Below are positions 35,941-45,448 of a stretch of DNA of 64,000 nt, in pieces. The stretch's first letter is position 1, and each line of letters starts with the position of its first letter. The notes under the pieces were generated by a model. It ran no database searches. It was not told the DNA's origin and worked only from the letters and a program-made list of their open reading frames with translations. The DNA is taken from positions 124,001 through 188,000 of the IMG/VR virus record IMGVR_UViG_3300046660_000488; one strand, 5' to 3'. The translations under genes and the position numbers were made by a program.

Positions 35941-37098
35941 TCACCATCCGCCGTTCTGACGAGTTCCGTTCGTCGCGCGAGCACGTTGGTGTTCATCCTC
36001 GCCCGGCTGCACGCCTTCCACGTCGTGGAACACGTAATTGTACTTTTCATAGCGGTAGCCATGCTTGGGGATCAGCGTCGCCAGCGTCTGGAAGTCGGCC
36101 TTGAACGCCTTGGCCTCGGGTAGCGTGTCAAACAGCGCGCAGACGCCGAACCCGCCACCATTGATGTAGCGCACCGTACCGGGCTTGGTGAAGCTCGTGA
36201 CGTCAACGTCTTCGCGCAGGATGCGAACACGGTTTGGCATCTTCGGATAGCAGGCGTAGGTGTCGCCTTCCTCGGCTTCGATCTCCATGCCCTCGTCCTC
36301 GTCGTCTCCGTTTTGGAGACGGACGAACACGAATTGCTTCTTGCTGATTTCATCGGTGACGCGGGCGTTGACGATGAAGCTTTCGGCGCCGCTGTTGGCA
36401 TCTTGCCAACGCTTGCTGTTCCAATGGCTCCAGCCAAGGCCGTCCTCCGACAGGACCAGCTTGAAGGGCGGCTCACGACTGAATTCGCGCTCTTCGTAGG
36501 TGCGAATGTAGAATTGGCCGATGTACAGGTATTCAATCGTGCTGGTCCCCAGATTGACGACGTCGCCGGGGATCGGTGTTTTGCGTTCAACGACCGGCTT
36601 GATGTGAAGCTGGTAGGACTGGTGGTTCTCTCGGGTCAGCCAGTTGACGGCGCCCTTGCGGCCCCAAATGTAGCGGCCGACGAACTTGCCATTGCTGACC
36701 TCGCCGCGCAGCAGGATGTCCAGCAGGTTTTCGGCGCTGATCTGAAGCTGGAAACCGCGCGGGTCAGTGATCTGGAACCACTTGTTGTTGGTGCGGTAGC
36801 GGCTCTCGACCGTATCGACCAAGAACCCCTCTTGCAGGACGTTGTCGATGACCACGGGCGTCTTCCGGCCGATAACTCGGGAGACGCGCTCGCTCTTCCC
36901 GGTCTCCTTGTTCGTCACCCAATCCCACGTCTTGCCGTCGCCGCACCAGCCATCGACAGAGTCCTTGCGTTTCTCGAACGCCTTGTCCGTGCCGTAAGGC
37001 GTGGCGAAGGCCAGCGGCGGATCTTCGTGGCTCCATTCAGCGAGCTTTTCGGTCCCGACGTACAGTTTCTCGGGAAAATTGAGGATGTCTTCAGACAT
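35941..37098 (-). CDS. Phage hypothetical protein
   Basis: 385 aa; DPRGFQLQIS..NL..IL...NG...G.YIW. Confidence 0.7.
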   Translation of the reverse strand: MSEDILNFPEKLYVGTEKLAEWSHEDPPLAFATPYGTDKAFEKRKDSVDGWCGDGKTWDWVTNKETGKSERVSRVIGRKTPVVIDNVLQEGFLVDTVESRYRTNNKWFQITDPRGFQLQISAENLLDILLRGEVSNGKFVGRYIWGRKGAVNWLTRENHQSYQLHIKPVVERKTPIPGDVVNLGTSTIEYLYIGQFYIRTYEEREFSREPPFKLVLSEDGLGWSHWNSKRWQDANSGAESFIVNARVTDEISKKQFVFVRLQNGDDEDEGMEIEAEEGDTYACYPKMPNRVRILREDVDVTSFTKPGTVRYINGGGFGVCALFDTLPEAKAFKADFQTLATLIPKHGYRYEKYNYVFHDVEGVQPGEDEHQRARATNGTRQNGGW

Positions 37099-37189
37099 AA
37101 TCGGAGGTCCAGATCGGGAGCGAAAATCTGGTAAACCATATCTGAACCTGCTGAGTTATGTCCAGAGCCGATTTTTCGGAGGCCCTTGA

Positions 37190-37195
37190 TAAATA
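37190..37195 (+). promoter_or_regulatory. T4-type late promoter
   Basis: gaTAAATAc, then a leader with a GGAG SD. Confidence 0.7.
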
Positions 37196-37225
37196 CGGGA
37201 TATTCTCAGTTGGAGATCAACCACT

Positions 37226-37585
37226 ATGCACCCTATTTCGAAAATCAATTTCGGTGACGACGCCGGTAAGATCGCAGTCCAGTTCTACAAGGGCAGTTCG
37301 GTTGTTGAAGGCTACGTCCTGAAGCAAACCGGCACGAAGTCCTTCAAGGTCACGGACGACGGCGTCACCGTCTACAAGGCCAAGCTGATCGCTGACGGCA
37401 CGCCGAGCGCCGCTGGCGAAATGACGATCAACGTCTATCCGTTCGTCGGCAGTGCCGTCTCGAACGTCGCGCAGCACGCTGTGTCGATCTCGATGAACCA
37501 CGTCCGTACGGCCGAAGGCAACAAGTACATCTGGTCGCTGACGAACCCGACCTCGGTTGGCTACGCGAAGATCGACACGGTCTAA
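37226..37585 (+). CDS. Late (putative virion) protein, paralog of the next gene
   Basis: Late promoter; DAGKIAV.F..G..VVEGY..KQ.GT. Confidence 0.6.
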   Translation: MHPISKINFGDDAGKIAVQFYKGSSVVEGYVLKQTGTKSFKVTDDGVTVYKAKLIADGTPSAAGEMTINVYPFVGSAVSNVAQHAVSISMNHVRTAEGNKYIWSLTNPTSVGYAKIDTV

Positions 37586-37586
37586 G

Positions 37587-37961
37587 ATGCTCCCGATCTC
37601 CGGTGACAATATGGGTAGCGATGCCGGACGCATCGCTATCCTTTTCCACAACGGAGTTGAAGTGGTAGACGGGTTCCTGATCGCGCAGATCGGAACCCGT
37701 CGCTACCTCGTCAGCGATGGCGCTGGCGAATTCAAGGTGATTTTGGCCAAGACTGTCGAGGCCGCAACCAACCTTCAGCCGGGATACGCCACCATCCTGT
37801 GCTACCCCAATATCGACGGAACGATCTCCACGATCCCCGAGCACATCAAGACTATCACCATGTTCACCTGCAACACGGTTGAAGGTCATCGCTATGGCTG
37901 GCGCTTCGACCGCGCTGATCAGCCGGGCGAGTGCAACATCGCCCGCATTCCGGCGGCTTAG
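37587..37961 (+). CDS. Late (putative virion) protein
   Basis: DAGRIAI.F..G..VVDGF..AQ.GT. Confidence 0.6.
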   Translation: MLPISGDNMGSDAGRIAILFHNGVEVVDGFLIAQIGTRRYLVSDGAGEFKVILAKTVEAATNLQPGYATILCYPNIDGTISTIPEHIKTITMFTCNTVEGHRYGWRFDRADQPGECNIARIPAA

Positions 37962-38569
37962 ATCGACCCACCCACCAAGACTGCACCCACGCAATCGAAC
38001 CGGTAGACCGACAGGTCTCCCGCCGTCGTGCTGTATTCGTTGCGCTTGATGACGAAGATGTTGGTGTCGAACGTCGGCACACCCGCACCCACGGCCTTGG
38101 TGATCAGCGTGAACTGCTGGCCAGTCTTCATGCCGGTCGGTGCCGGAATGGCGACATCGCCATCAACTTCCAGATATCCGATCTCGTAGTAAGCGTCCCA
38201 GACGGCCGCGCCGCCGCTCTGCGTCAGGGCGGTGAACTGTCGGGTCAGCGGGGTCCAGCCTTCAGCATAGCCCTCCAGCACGCCTGTGGCCTCGTTGTAG
38301 CGGATGGAGCCGTTGCGCGGCACATCGCTGGCCACGGTGACCCAAAGGCCGTCCACGGTGATCTCTACGCTTCCTGTCGTGGTGTTGAACCTGATTTGGC
38401 CCGGCTGTGCACCAAAGCGGCGCTGCTCTTCAGTTCCCTGCGGAAGGAACAAGGAGTCAGTCGCTCGCGACAAGTCGATCTCAGATTCCGTCGCCCAACT
38501 CTGCGAGGGATCGCGCAACAATGCTTTGGTGCGACGCTTGGTGAAAAGAATGTCCAGTGGGAAAACCAT
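37958..38569 (-). CDS. Late structural protein (tail fibre/baseplate-type repeats)
   Basis: TAAATA (38580-75)-N5-ATG; LP.GT..QR...GQIRFNTTT and GSIRYNEAT repeats. Confidence 0.6.
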   Translation of the reverse strand: MVFPLDILFTKRRTKALLRDPSQSWATESEIDLSRATDSLFLPQGTEEQRRFGAQPGQIRFNTTTGSVEITVDGLWVTVASDVPRNGSIRYNEATGVLEGYAEGWTPLTRQFTALTQSGGAAVWDAYYEIGYLEVDGDVAIPAPTGMKTGQQFTLITKAVGAGVPTFDTNIFVIKRNEYSTTAGDLSVYRFDCVGAVLVGGSI

Positions 38570-38636
38570 GGACTTATTTATTGCCGGTAATTAACCACGT
38601 ATTGTACAAGTAGAGTCATAGGAGACATTCATTTCT

Positions 38637-39557
38637 ATGGCCAAGAAACCCAAATCCATTCCCGACATCAAGATCACTGCACCTGCGGTGGCTCCGGTTC
38701 CGCAAGTTGCCGAGACCACTGAAGCGTCGGTTGTGCTTCCCCAGAAGCCGCACATCTGCATCGCCACGCCCTGCTACGGCAGTCAGGTGTTCCAGAACTA
38801 CTTCCTGAGCGTCATCAGCCTGATCATGACGGTCACCCACCGTCGCGACATCGACATTTCGTTCATCGTTCGTGGCGGCGACTCGCTGATCACGCGCTCG
38901 CGAAATTCGATCACGGCCGAATTCCTCGCCAGCCCGCAGTACACCCACCTGCTGTGGATCGACGCCGACATCGGCTTCCGCCCCGAGGCGATTTATCGCC
39001 TGATCGCGGCGAACAAGGACATCGCGGCGGGCATCTACCCGCTGAAAGCTCTGCAATTCCCCGAGCAAATCCCCGCGATGTCGCGTGACGAACTGATCTT
39101 CCGTCACACCGGCTACCCCTTCAACCCGACCGGCAACACCTTCCGCGTCGAGAACGGCTTCGTGCCGGTGAAGGACGCGCCGACCGGCCTGATGCTGATC
39201 AAGCGTGAAGTCTTCACGAAGATGATCGAGAGCTATCCGGAACTGAAGTACAAGCCCGACCACCAAGTCGGCTTGGAAGCCATCGCCGAGAAAATCAACG
39301 ACTACTACTACAACTTCTTCGACACCTTCATCGACGAAGAAGGTCGCTACCTCTCCGAAGACTACGCATTCTGCCGTCTGTGGCAGAAAGTCGGCGGCGA
39401 AGTCTACGCCGACGCCAACTCCAAGCTGACGCACACCGGCCTGTACCAGTATCAAGGCGATTTCGCCAAGATGCTGAAGTACAAGTACACCGAAACGCCG
39501 GACGCTGTTCCGACGACGGTGGCGCCGCCCGCTGAAGCCCCTCCGGCCAGCGAGTAA
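38637..39557 (+). CDS. GT-A glycosyltransferase
   Basis: IATPCYG, SLITRSRN, LLWIDADI (DxD), GLMLIKR, LSEDYAFC. Confidence 0.8.
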   Translation: MAKKPKSIPDIKITAPAVAPVPQVAETTEASVVLPQKPHICIATPCYGSQVFQNYFLSVISLIMTVTHRRDIDISFIVRGGDSLITRSRNSITAEFLASPQYTHLLWIDADIGFRPEAIYRLIAANKDIAAGIYPLKALQFPEQIPAMSRDELIFRHTGYPFNPTGNTFRVENGFVPVKDAPTGLMLIKREVFTKMIESYPELKYKPDHQVGLEAIAEKINDYYYNFFDTFIDEEGRYLSEDYAFCRLWQKVGGEVYADANSKLTHTGLYQYQGDFAKMLKYKYTETPDAVPTTVAPPAEAPPASE

Positions 39558-39562
39558 GCATC

Positions 39563-39871
39563 ATGGGGATCGAGCTTGCGGGCGGCGGCCCGGTAACGGA
39601 AGATCACCGGGACATTGACCCGGTGACTGGTCAGCAGAAGGGCTACATCGTCCTGACCGCTGACGAGCGCACCAAAGGCTTCGTGCGACCGCTTCGGCGG
39701 TCGTACACCCACACGGTGTGCGGCGAGCAGACGACGATGGCTCAGTCCATCGCCGAGACGTTCGCAACGGACCCGGAATTCTATTCGGGGACGTTCTGCT
39801 CCAAGTGCCTGACCCACCGGCCACTGGCCGAGTTCAAGTGGCACGGCACGGACGAAACGGTCGGTAGCTAA
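39563..39871 (+). CDS. Hypothetical Zn-binding protein
   Basis: HTVC...FCSKC. Confidence 0.6.
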   Translation: MGIELAGGGPVTEDHRDIDPVTGQQKGYIVLTADERTKGFVRPLRRSYTHTVCGEQTTMAQSIAETFATDPEFYSGTFCSKCLTHRPLAEFKWHGTDETVGS

Positions 39872-39880
39872 CCGGCGATA

Positions 39881-39905
39881 GGGCGGCCTTCGGGTCGCCC
39901 TTTTT
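39881..39905 (+). terminator. Rho-independent terminator
   Basis: GGGCGGCC-TTCG-GGTCGCCC followed by TTTTT. Confidence 0.9.
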
Positions 39906-39962
39906 CGTTGACGAGACGATAATCAACCCGTATCGGTTAGGCTCCACCAGTAAGGACTACCG

Positions 39963-41822
39963 ATGACCAAGCTCTCGTCGAAATATCGCTCTGTCACCTG
40001 CGGAGCCCTGACCAGCGCAAATGTGTCCGAGACACACACGCTGTCGGGCTGGGTGCACAACGTGCGAGATCACGGCGGTCTGGCCTTCATCGACCTGCGC
40101 GACAATTACGGTATCACGCAACTGGTGCTGAACCCGACCGAATTCCCCGAGATCGCCCACATCCGCAAGGAAAGCGTCATCCGGGTTATCGGTGAGGTCG
40201 TTCCGCGTCTGGCTGGCACGACGAACGCCAAGCTCTCCACCGGCGGGATCGAACTGAAGGTCGCGCACGCCATGGTGCTGTCGGAAGCCGTTGAGCTTCC
40301 CGTGCCCGTTTTCGGCGAGCCTGACTACCCCGAAGAGCTTCGCCTGAAGCATCGCTATCTCGACCTTCGCCGCGAAGGGCTGCACAAGCGCATCCAGCTT
40401 CGCTCGGACGTGGTCAACTTCCTGCGCGAGCGGATGCTGGGCGAAGGCTTCAAGGAATTCCACACGCCCATCCTGACGGCGTCGTCGCCGGAAGGTGCGC
40501 GCGATTTCCTCGTGCCCGCCCGCCTGCACCCCGGAAAATTCTACGCCCTGCCGCAAGCCCCTCAGCAATTCAAGCAATTGCTGATGGTCGCCGGGTTCGA
40601 CCGATATTTCCAGATCGCGCCGTGTTTCCGCGACGAAGCTGGCCGGGCCGACCGGTCGCCGGGCGAATTCTACCAACTCGACATCGAAATGAGCTTCGTC
40701 GATCAGGAAGACATCTTCCGGATGATCGAGCCGATCCTGTTCGACACGTTCGCCAAATTCCGACCGCAGCGAGACGTCTCGCCCGACAGCGGCTTCCTGC
40801 CCGGCACGGTTGCGGACAAGCTCAACATTTCGTCCTACCCGTTCAAGCGCATCCCCTATCGGGAGAGCATCCAGAAATACGGCACGGACAAGCCCGACCT
40901 GCGGAACCCGCTGGAAATGCAGGACGTGTCGAACGTGTTCAAGGGCGGCGGCTTCGGCATCTTCGCCTCAATCCTCGACGCCGATCCCGACAACCGCATC
41001 TGGGCGCTCCCCGCCTATGGCGGCGGCGCCAACTCGTTCACGCGAGGCATGGACTCGTGGGCCAAGGAACAGGGCCTGCCGGGCATGGCCTACATCGCGT
41101 GGAAACCCGAAAGCACCGACAACGATCTCGAAATCTCCTTCACCACCGCCACCGGCCCCGTCGCCAAGGCGCTAGGTAACGACGGCGCGGACAGGCTGCG
41201 CGACCGGTTCATGATGGCCGGAGGCGACGCCCTGTTTTTCTTCGCTGGCAAGCCGGACGATTTCTACAAGATCGCGGGCGCGGCGCGCACGAAGCTGGGC
41301 GAAGACCTCGGGCTGATCGACAAGAACCGGTTCGAATTCTGCTGGATCGTGGACTTCCCCATGTACGAGTTGAACGACGAGGGGAAGATCGACTTCAGCC
41401 ACAACCCGTTCTCGATGCCGCAAGGCGAAATGGATGCGCTGATCGGCCAAGACCCGCTCGACATCCTCGCCTACCAATACGACATCGTCGTCAACGGCAT
41501 CGAACTGTGCTCGGGCGGCATCCGGAACCACAAGCCGGAGATCATGCTGAAGGCCTTCGAGATCGCGGGCTACGGCCCGGAAGTCGTCGAAGAGAAATTC
41601 GGCGGGATGTTCAACGCCTTCAAGTACGGCGCTCCGCCGCACGGTGGCCTCGCACCCGGCATCGACCGCATGGTCATGCTGCTGGCTGGCGTGGACACCA
41701 TCCGCGACGTCATCGCTTTCCCGCTCAACCAGCAGGGCCAAGACCTGATGATGGGCGCGCCGTCCGAGATCACCGACAAGCAATGGAAAGAGTCCGGTAT
41801 CCGCCCGGCGCTGAAGGTCTGA
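39963..41822 (+). CDS. aspS: Aspartyl-tRNA synthetase, probably non-discriminating Asp/Asn type
   Basis: [34 protein letters not shown], motif 2 FRDE, motif 3 [14 protein letters not shown]. Confidence 0.97.
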   Translation: MTKLSSKYRSVTCGALTSANVSETHTLSGWVHNVRDHGGLAFIDLRDNYGITQLVLNPTEFPEIAHIRKESVIRVIGEVVPRLAGTTNAKLSTGGIELKVAHAMVLSEAVELPVPVFGEPDYPEELRLKHRYLDLRREGLHKRIQLRSDVVNFLRERMLGEGFKEFHTPILTASSPEGARDFLVPARLHPGKFYALPQAPQQFKQLLMVAGFDRYFQIAPCFRDEAGRADRSPGEFYQLDIEMSFVDQEDIFRMIEPILFDTFAKFRPQRDVSPDSGFLPGTVADKLNISSYPFKRIPYRESIQKYGTDKPDLRNPLEMQDVSNVFKGGGFGIFASILDADPDNRIWALPAYGGGANSFTRGMDSWAKEQGLPGMAYIAWKPESTDNDLEISFTTATGPVAKALGNDGADRLRDRFMMAGGDALFFFAGKPDDFYKIAGAARTKLGEDLGLIDKNRFEFCWIVDFPMYELNDEGKIDFSHNPFSMPQGEMDALIGQDPLDILAYQYDIVVNGIELCSGGIRNHKPEIMLKAFEIAGYGPEVVEEKFGGMFNAFKYGAPPHGGLAPGIDRMVMLLAGVDTIRDVIAFPLNQQGQDLMMGAPSEITDKQWKESGIRPALKV

Positions 41823-41827
41823 CGCCC

Positions 41828-41983
41828 GTGAAACTGCTCGCCAATTTCGCGTTGAGCTTTGGCGTCGGCTGGTGCATCGCCGGGATCGTCAAAGCCGTGC
41901 GTGATGAAAATCTGTCGGACCGCCAGAAATACGCGATCTGGTTGGTCGTGTTCCTTGGCATCCTCGGCGTCCTCTGGCTCTAA
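41828..41983 (+). CDS. Small membrane protein
   Basis: Two hydrophobic helices. Confidence 0.5.
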   Translation: MKLLANFALSFGVGWCIAGIVKAVRDENLSDRQKYAIWLVVFLGILGVLWL

Positions 41984-41993
41984 CGGATCATCC

Positions 41994-42365
41994 ATGCCGC
42001 ATCTTCGCACCCTGCACGTCGAATACTCCGAAGGCGTGGTCTTCGACGATCTGAAGACCCTGAACATGCTGCTCGAAGCCAACACGGACATCCGTGGCCT
42101 GTTCGACTTCATGCGAGACCCCGGCCCGGTGTTCCATGGCTTCCTGAAGGTCACGGACGGCGCGGTCACGATCACCTCGAACGAGGAAGGCATGTTCTCC
42201 GGCTATCGCAACTGGGCGAACGTCTGGGGGTGCTTCACCGAAGACGCGGCCGAGTTGATCGCCAAGCACATGACCGAAGGCCGTCTTGTCTTCCGCCGTC
42301 GCGACGAAGACCCCGGCGTGCCGGACAAGGTCTTCATCATCCAACCCGGAACCGTCAACCACTGA
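41994..42365 (+). CDS. Hypothetical protein
   Basis: Coding-like codon usage. Confidence 0.6.
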   Translation: MPHLRTLHVEYSEGVVFDDLKTLNMLLEANTDIRGLFDFMRDPGPVFHGFLKVTDGAVTITSNEEGMFSGYRNWANVWGCFTEDAAELIAKHMTEGRLVFRRRDEDPGVPDKVFIIQPGTVNH

Positions 42366-42374
42366 GGCGCCACC

Positions 42375-42566
42375 ATGGCCAACGACCTGAGCTTCGAAGA
42401 CTGGTGCGCTGAACTCGACCGGATCGCGAAGGCGGATGGCATCGAGAAGAGCTACACCGAACAATGCGGCGCTGAGAGCTTCCGTGACAGCTTCGACGGC
42501 GGCATGACCCCGCAGGAAGCGTGGGATGAGGAAATCTACGCGGCCCAAGCCTGCGGCTGTTTCTGA
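42375..42566 (+). CDS. Hypothetical protein
   Basis: GAGG SD; GMTPQEAWDEE. Confidence 0.6.
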   Translation: MANDLSFEDWCAELDRIAKADGIEKSYTEQCGAESFRDSFDGGMTPQEAWDEEIYAAQACGCF

Positions 42567-42940
42567 TGCCTCGGATCGCTACTCCAAAGGCGATCAAAGC
42601 CGCCCGCAAGCGTCCGGAAAAGCTGCGCGCCAAGCCGTACACGCGGTCCGAGATTTTCGACATCGACCTGTACGTCAACGAGACCACCGGCGGGAACACG
42701 CTGAAAAATCAGCACCTGATGCGTCTCATTCACGCACAGACACTGAACGCTAAATATCCGCGTGCCCTATTTGAAGACGACGAAGACACCCCGAAAGAGA
42801 TCGAGGCGGATGACGTCGCGCTTTCCTATCATATCTGTGATAGCTACGATAATCCGGGCGTTTATTGCGCGTATGACGACGTCGTCGATCCCTCCAACGA
42901 TTTCTGCTGTTACTGCGGTCAGCCGGACGAGCGAAAATAG
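42566..42940 (+). CDS. Hypothetical protein with Cys-rich C-terminus
   Basis: TGATG coupling; FCCYCGQP. Confidence 0.55.
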   Translation: MPRIATPKAIKAARKRPEKLRAKPYTRSEIFDIDLYVNETTGGNTLKNQHLMRLIHAQTLNAKYPRALFEDDEDTPKEIEADDVALSYHICDSYDNPGVYCAYDDVVDPSNDFCCYCGQPDERK

Positions 42941-42944
42941 TCCG

Positions 42945-43241
42945 ATGGTTGCCTTGCATCAGGCAATCTATGCTTCACTGAGCCATGGTCGCGTGTTGTC
43001 GGCACAGGATGTTGACGACCGCGTCCGCCCGGCTATCGTTGACCTCTGGTTCGACGGCCGGATGCCGTTCAAGATGGGCAAGGAATGGGTCGTCGGCGCG
43101 ATTGTCCGACACGAACACTTCGGCCAAACGAACATTGAGGTGATCGTTGTCGGGCCGGGTAAGCCACAGTTCAAGGACCACTATGTCAAATCCTACTGGC
43201 GAGAATGGCGTTCAACCGGGCCTTGGCTTGGACGAAAATGA
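42945..43241 (+). CDS. Hypothetical protein
   Basis: ATG 5 nt after the upstream stop. Confidence 0.45.
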   Translation: MVALHQAIYASLSHGRVLSAQDVDDRVRPAIVDLWFDGRMPFKMGKEWVVGAIVRHEHFGQTNIEVIVVGPGKPQFKDHYVKSYWREWRSTGPWLGRK

Positions 43242-43383
43242 CATCGTCTATCGGCTCCGCAAGCGGGCCGAGATCAGGCGGCAGATTCCCGGCCGCAAGG
43301 CGGTCGAGGAAGGCAAGCCGGATCGCATGGCCGACCTACTCGATGAGGCGGCGGACGAAATCGCGAGACTGCGTGGCCAATGA
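43183..43383 (+). CDS. Hypothetical protein
   Basis: AAGGA SD; DIVYRLRKRAEIRRQI...LL.EAADEI.RLR. Confidence 0.6.
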   Translation: MSNPTGENGVQPGLGLDENDIVYRLRKRAEIRRQIPGRKAVEEGKPDRMADLLDEAADEIARLRGQ

Positions 43384-43820
43384 CCAAACCTCTGACGTAC
43401 CCACAACAGCACATCTTGGACTTGATATTGGACGGTGGTCCATACCGGCTCTTTGAGATCGAGAGCGAACTGAGGCTCAACCCCGGTTTTCGAACCGTTG
43501 TCCGCAACCTGATCGCCAAAGGGCGGCTCAGGTACAATGGCGATCAACTCGAAGCCATCGTCTGGCACGAGCGCCCCGACGAGTATTTGAACTGGGTTCA
43601 CATCAATGGCTGTCAGATGACAGCAACGTTTGACGGTGAATTCTACCGCATCTTCAATTTCAAGTACGACACGCCAGAGAATGGCAAACGCGCTCTGCGT
43701 GACCTGTCTCGTATCTGGGGCGTGACCGTATTCACGCACCATTACCCAGATGACGACAAGGAATTCTGGGATAGCATGCTGGCCAAATACTACGTCTACA
43801 TGCCCATCCCACCTAAATAA
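43380..43820 (+). CDS. Hypothetical protein
   Basis: ATGA overlap. Confidence 0.5.
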   Translation: MTKPLTYPQQHILDLILDGGPYRLFEIESELRLNPGFRTVVRNLIAKGRLRYNGDQLEAIVWHERPDEYLNWVHINGCQMTATFDGEFYRIFNFKYDTPENGKRALRDLSRIWGVTVFTHHYPDDDKEFWDSMLAKYYVYMPIPPK

Positions 43821-43825
43821 GGTGG

Positions 43826-44365
43826 ATGTTTACTTTCCGAATTGAAGGCGCGTTCGACGCCGAACAACTGCTCGACAAGCACAAGTGGCCGACCCGCACC
43901 GTGACGGTCATCCAGCGTGGCGCCGACTGGTACTCGCGTGGCCCCAGCCACCTCGTGGTTCCGATGAGCGACGTTGGTTCACCGCTGGCCAGCAAGGACG
44001 CTCCGACCGAAGCGCACATGCACGCGATCTTCGATCACTGCGAGGGTCTGACGGACGATGACCGGGTGCTGGTCAACTGCTGGCTCGGCCAGAGCCGGTC
44101 GAGCGCCACGATGCTGGGCATCCTGATCCTGTACGGCATGGAGCCGCAGGAAGCGCTGGACGCGGTCATCGAGCAACGGCCTGTCGCCATGCCGAACCTG
44201 TTGATCTGCAAGCACATCGACAGCATCTTCGGCCTCGGCACGGAGACCTACGACGTCACGGCCGACTATGTCGGCAAGGAACTGCGAAAGGTCGGTCTTG
44301 CCCCTGACAAGCCGACCACCGCCGCTGTCGCTCAGATGAACGACATCATGAAGCTGTTCAAGTAA
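43826..44365 (+). CDS. Protein tyrosine phosphatase-like (CX5R) protein
   Basis: VLVNCWLGQSRSSA...RP.A.PN. Confidence 0.8.
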   Translation: MFTFRIEGAFDAEQLLDKHKWPTRTVTVIQRGADWYSRGPSHLVVPMSDVGSPLASKDAPTEAHMHAIFDHCEGLTDDDRVLVNCWLGQSRSSATMLGILILYGMEPQEALDAVIEQRPVAMPNLLICKHIDSIFGLGTETYDVTADYVGKELRKVGLAPDKPTTAAVAQMNDIMKLFK

Positions 44366-44708
44366 AGTTGGCGGAAACCCGCTCGCCATTCACGTCGTAG
44401 TAGAGAGTGCGCGGCTGGCTGTTTTGGCCACCTTGAACCGAATTCAGTGCGACCAGCTTGATGTAGCTCTCGGCCTCGGTTTGCGTCATGAACGTCGCGA
44501 AGAGCGCTCCACCTTCTGGGATATGGGCCATGCCTGTCTGTTTGTTGGAAGCATATTCGTACAGTGGCATGCGGTAATAGTTGCGTGCGATACCGCCGAA
44601 CAGACGCTTGGTTTCATGGAGCTTGAAGCACGAGTACCAGATCACGTCCTGCTCATCGCGGGTTTCGACGATCTTGTACTTTGGATAGTTGACGGTGCGA
44701 AGCGGCAT
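44358..44708 (-). CDS. Hypothetical protein
   Basis: 116-aa ORF. Confidence 0.5.
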   Translation of the reverse strand: MPLRTVNYPKYKIVETRDEQDVIWYSCFKLHETKRLFGGIARNYYRMPLYEYASNKQTGMAHIPEGGALFATFMTQTEAESYIKLVALNSVQGGQNSQPRTLYYDVNGERVSANFT

Positions 44709-44773
44709 GCCAGTCGAGTTTCCCTGAATTTGACACGATAATGCACGCTCGGCAAGCAAAGTCAAGGATCAAA

Positions 44774-44809
44774 TAAATACTGCCACAATTCGTTAAGGAG
44801 ACAGTGGCA
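44774..44809 (+). promoter_or_regulatory. Late promoter with a start-codon-sequestering hairpin (T4 gene e-like)
   Basis: TAAATA at 44774-79; TGCCAC/GTGGCA(tg) stem enclosing AAGGAG. Confidence 0.7.
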
Positions 44810-45447
44810 TGGACGTGCTCGCAATTCAGAAGAAGCTCAAGGCCGCCGGTTACGATCCCGGCACACAGGACGGTGACCTTGGTCCGAAGACCTTCACCGC
44901 CATCGTCAACTACACGGTCCGCAAAGACCTCGGAGCACTGAGCGTCCTGCTCGGCCGCGCCTTGGCCGCCGACCTGCGGAAATACGACATCACCACCGGC
45001 GCCCGTATCTCGCACTTCCTCGCGCAAGCCGCGCACGAGACCGGCGGGTTCAAGCGCTTCAACGAAATGGGCTCGGGCAAAGACCTGAACCACGACGGCT
45101 TCGACGACTACCTTCAGAAGTACGACTTCCGCAAGGACTTGGGCAACACCGGTGTCGGCTTCGGCCCGCGCTTCAAGGGCCGTGGCATCTTCCAACTGAC
45201 CGGCTTCTTCAATTACGTCACCTACGGCAAGCGCATCGGCATCGACTTGGCCAAGACGCCGGAGAAGGCCGCCGAGCCGGACATCGCCGTCCTGATCGCC
45301 TGCTTGTTCTGGACTGACAAGAAGATGAACCCGCTGGCCGACGCTGGCAACATCCGCGAGATCACCCGTCGCATCAACGGCGGCGCCAACGGTCTGGCCG
45401 AACGTCAGGAATACTTCAACCGCATCAGCGGCTTGCTGGGAGCCTAA
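44809..45447 (+). CDS. Endolysin: PG-binding domain plus GH19 catalytic domain
   Basis: IQKKL..AGYDPG..DG.LGPKT; HFLAQAAHETGGF..E; FKGRG.FQLTG..NY; TRRINGG.NGL..R. Confidence 0.92.
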   Translation: MDVLAIQKKLKAAGYDPGTQDGDLGPKTFTAIVNYTVRKDLGALSVLLGRALAADLRKYDITTGARISHFLAQAAHETGGFKRFNEMGSGKDLNHDGFDDYLQKYDFRKDLGNTGVGFGPRFKGRGIFQLTGFFNYVTYGKRIGIDLAKTPEKAAEPDIAVLIACLFWTDKKMNPLADAGNIREITRRINGGANGLAERQEYFNRISGLLGA

Positions 45448-45448
45448 G

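Noticed and set aside
42751-42764. TAAATA-N5-GTG opening ORF 42762-43241
   Set aside because: The hexamer is coding sequence (GCT AAA TAT) of 42566-42940, whose frame has the typical codon pattern. The GTG frame looks like a shifted frame until ATG 42945.
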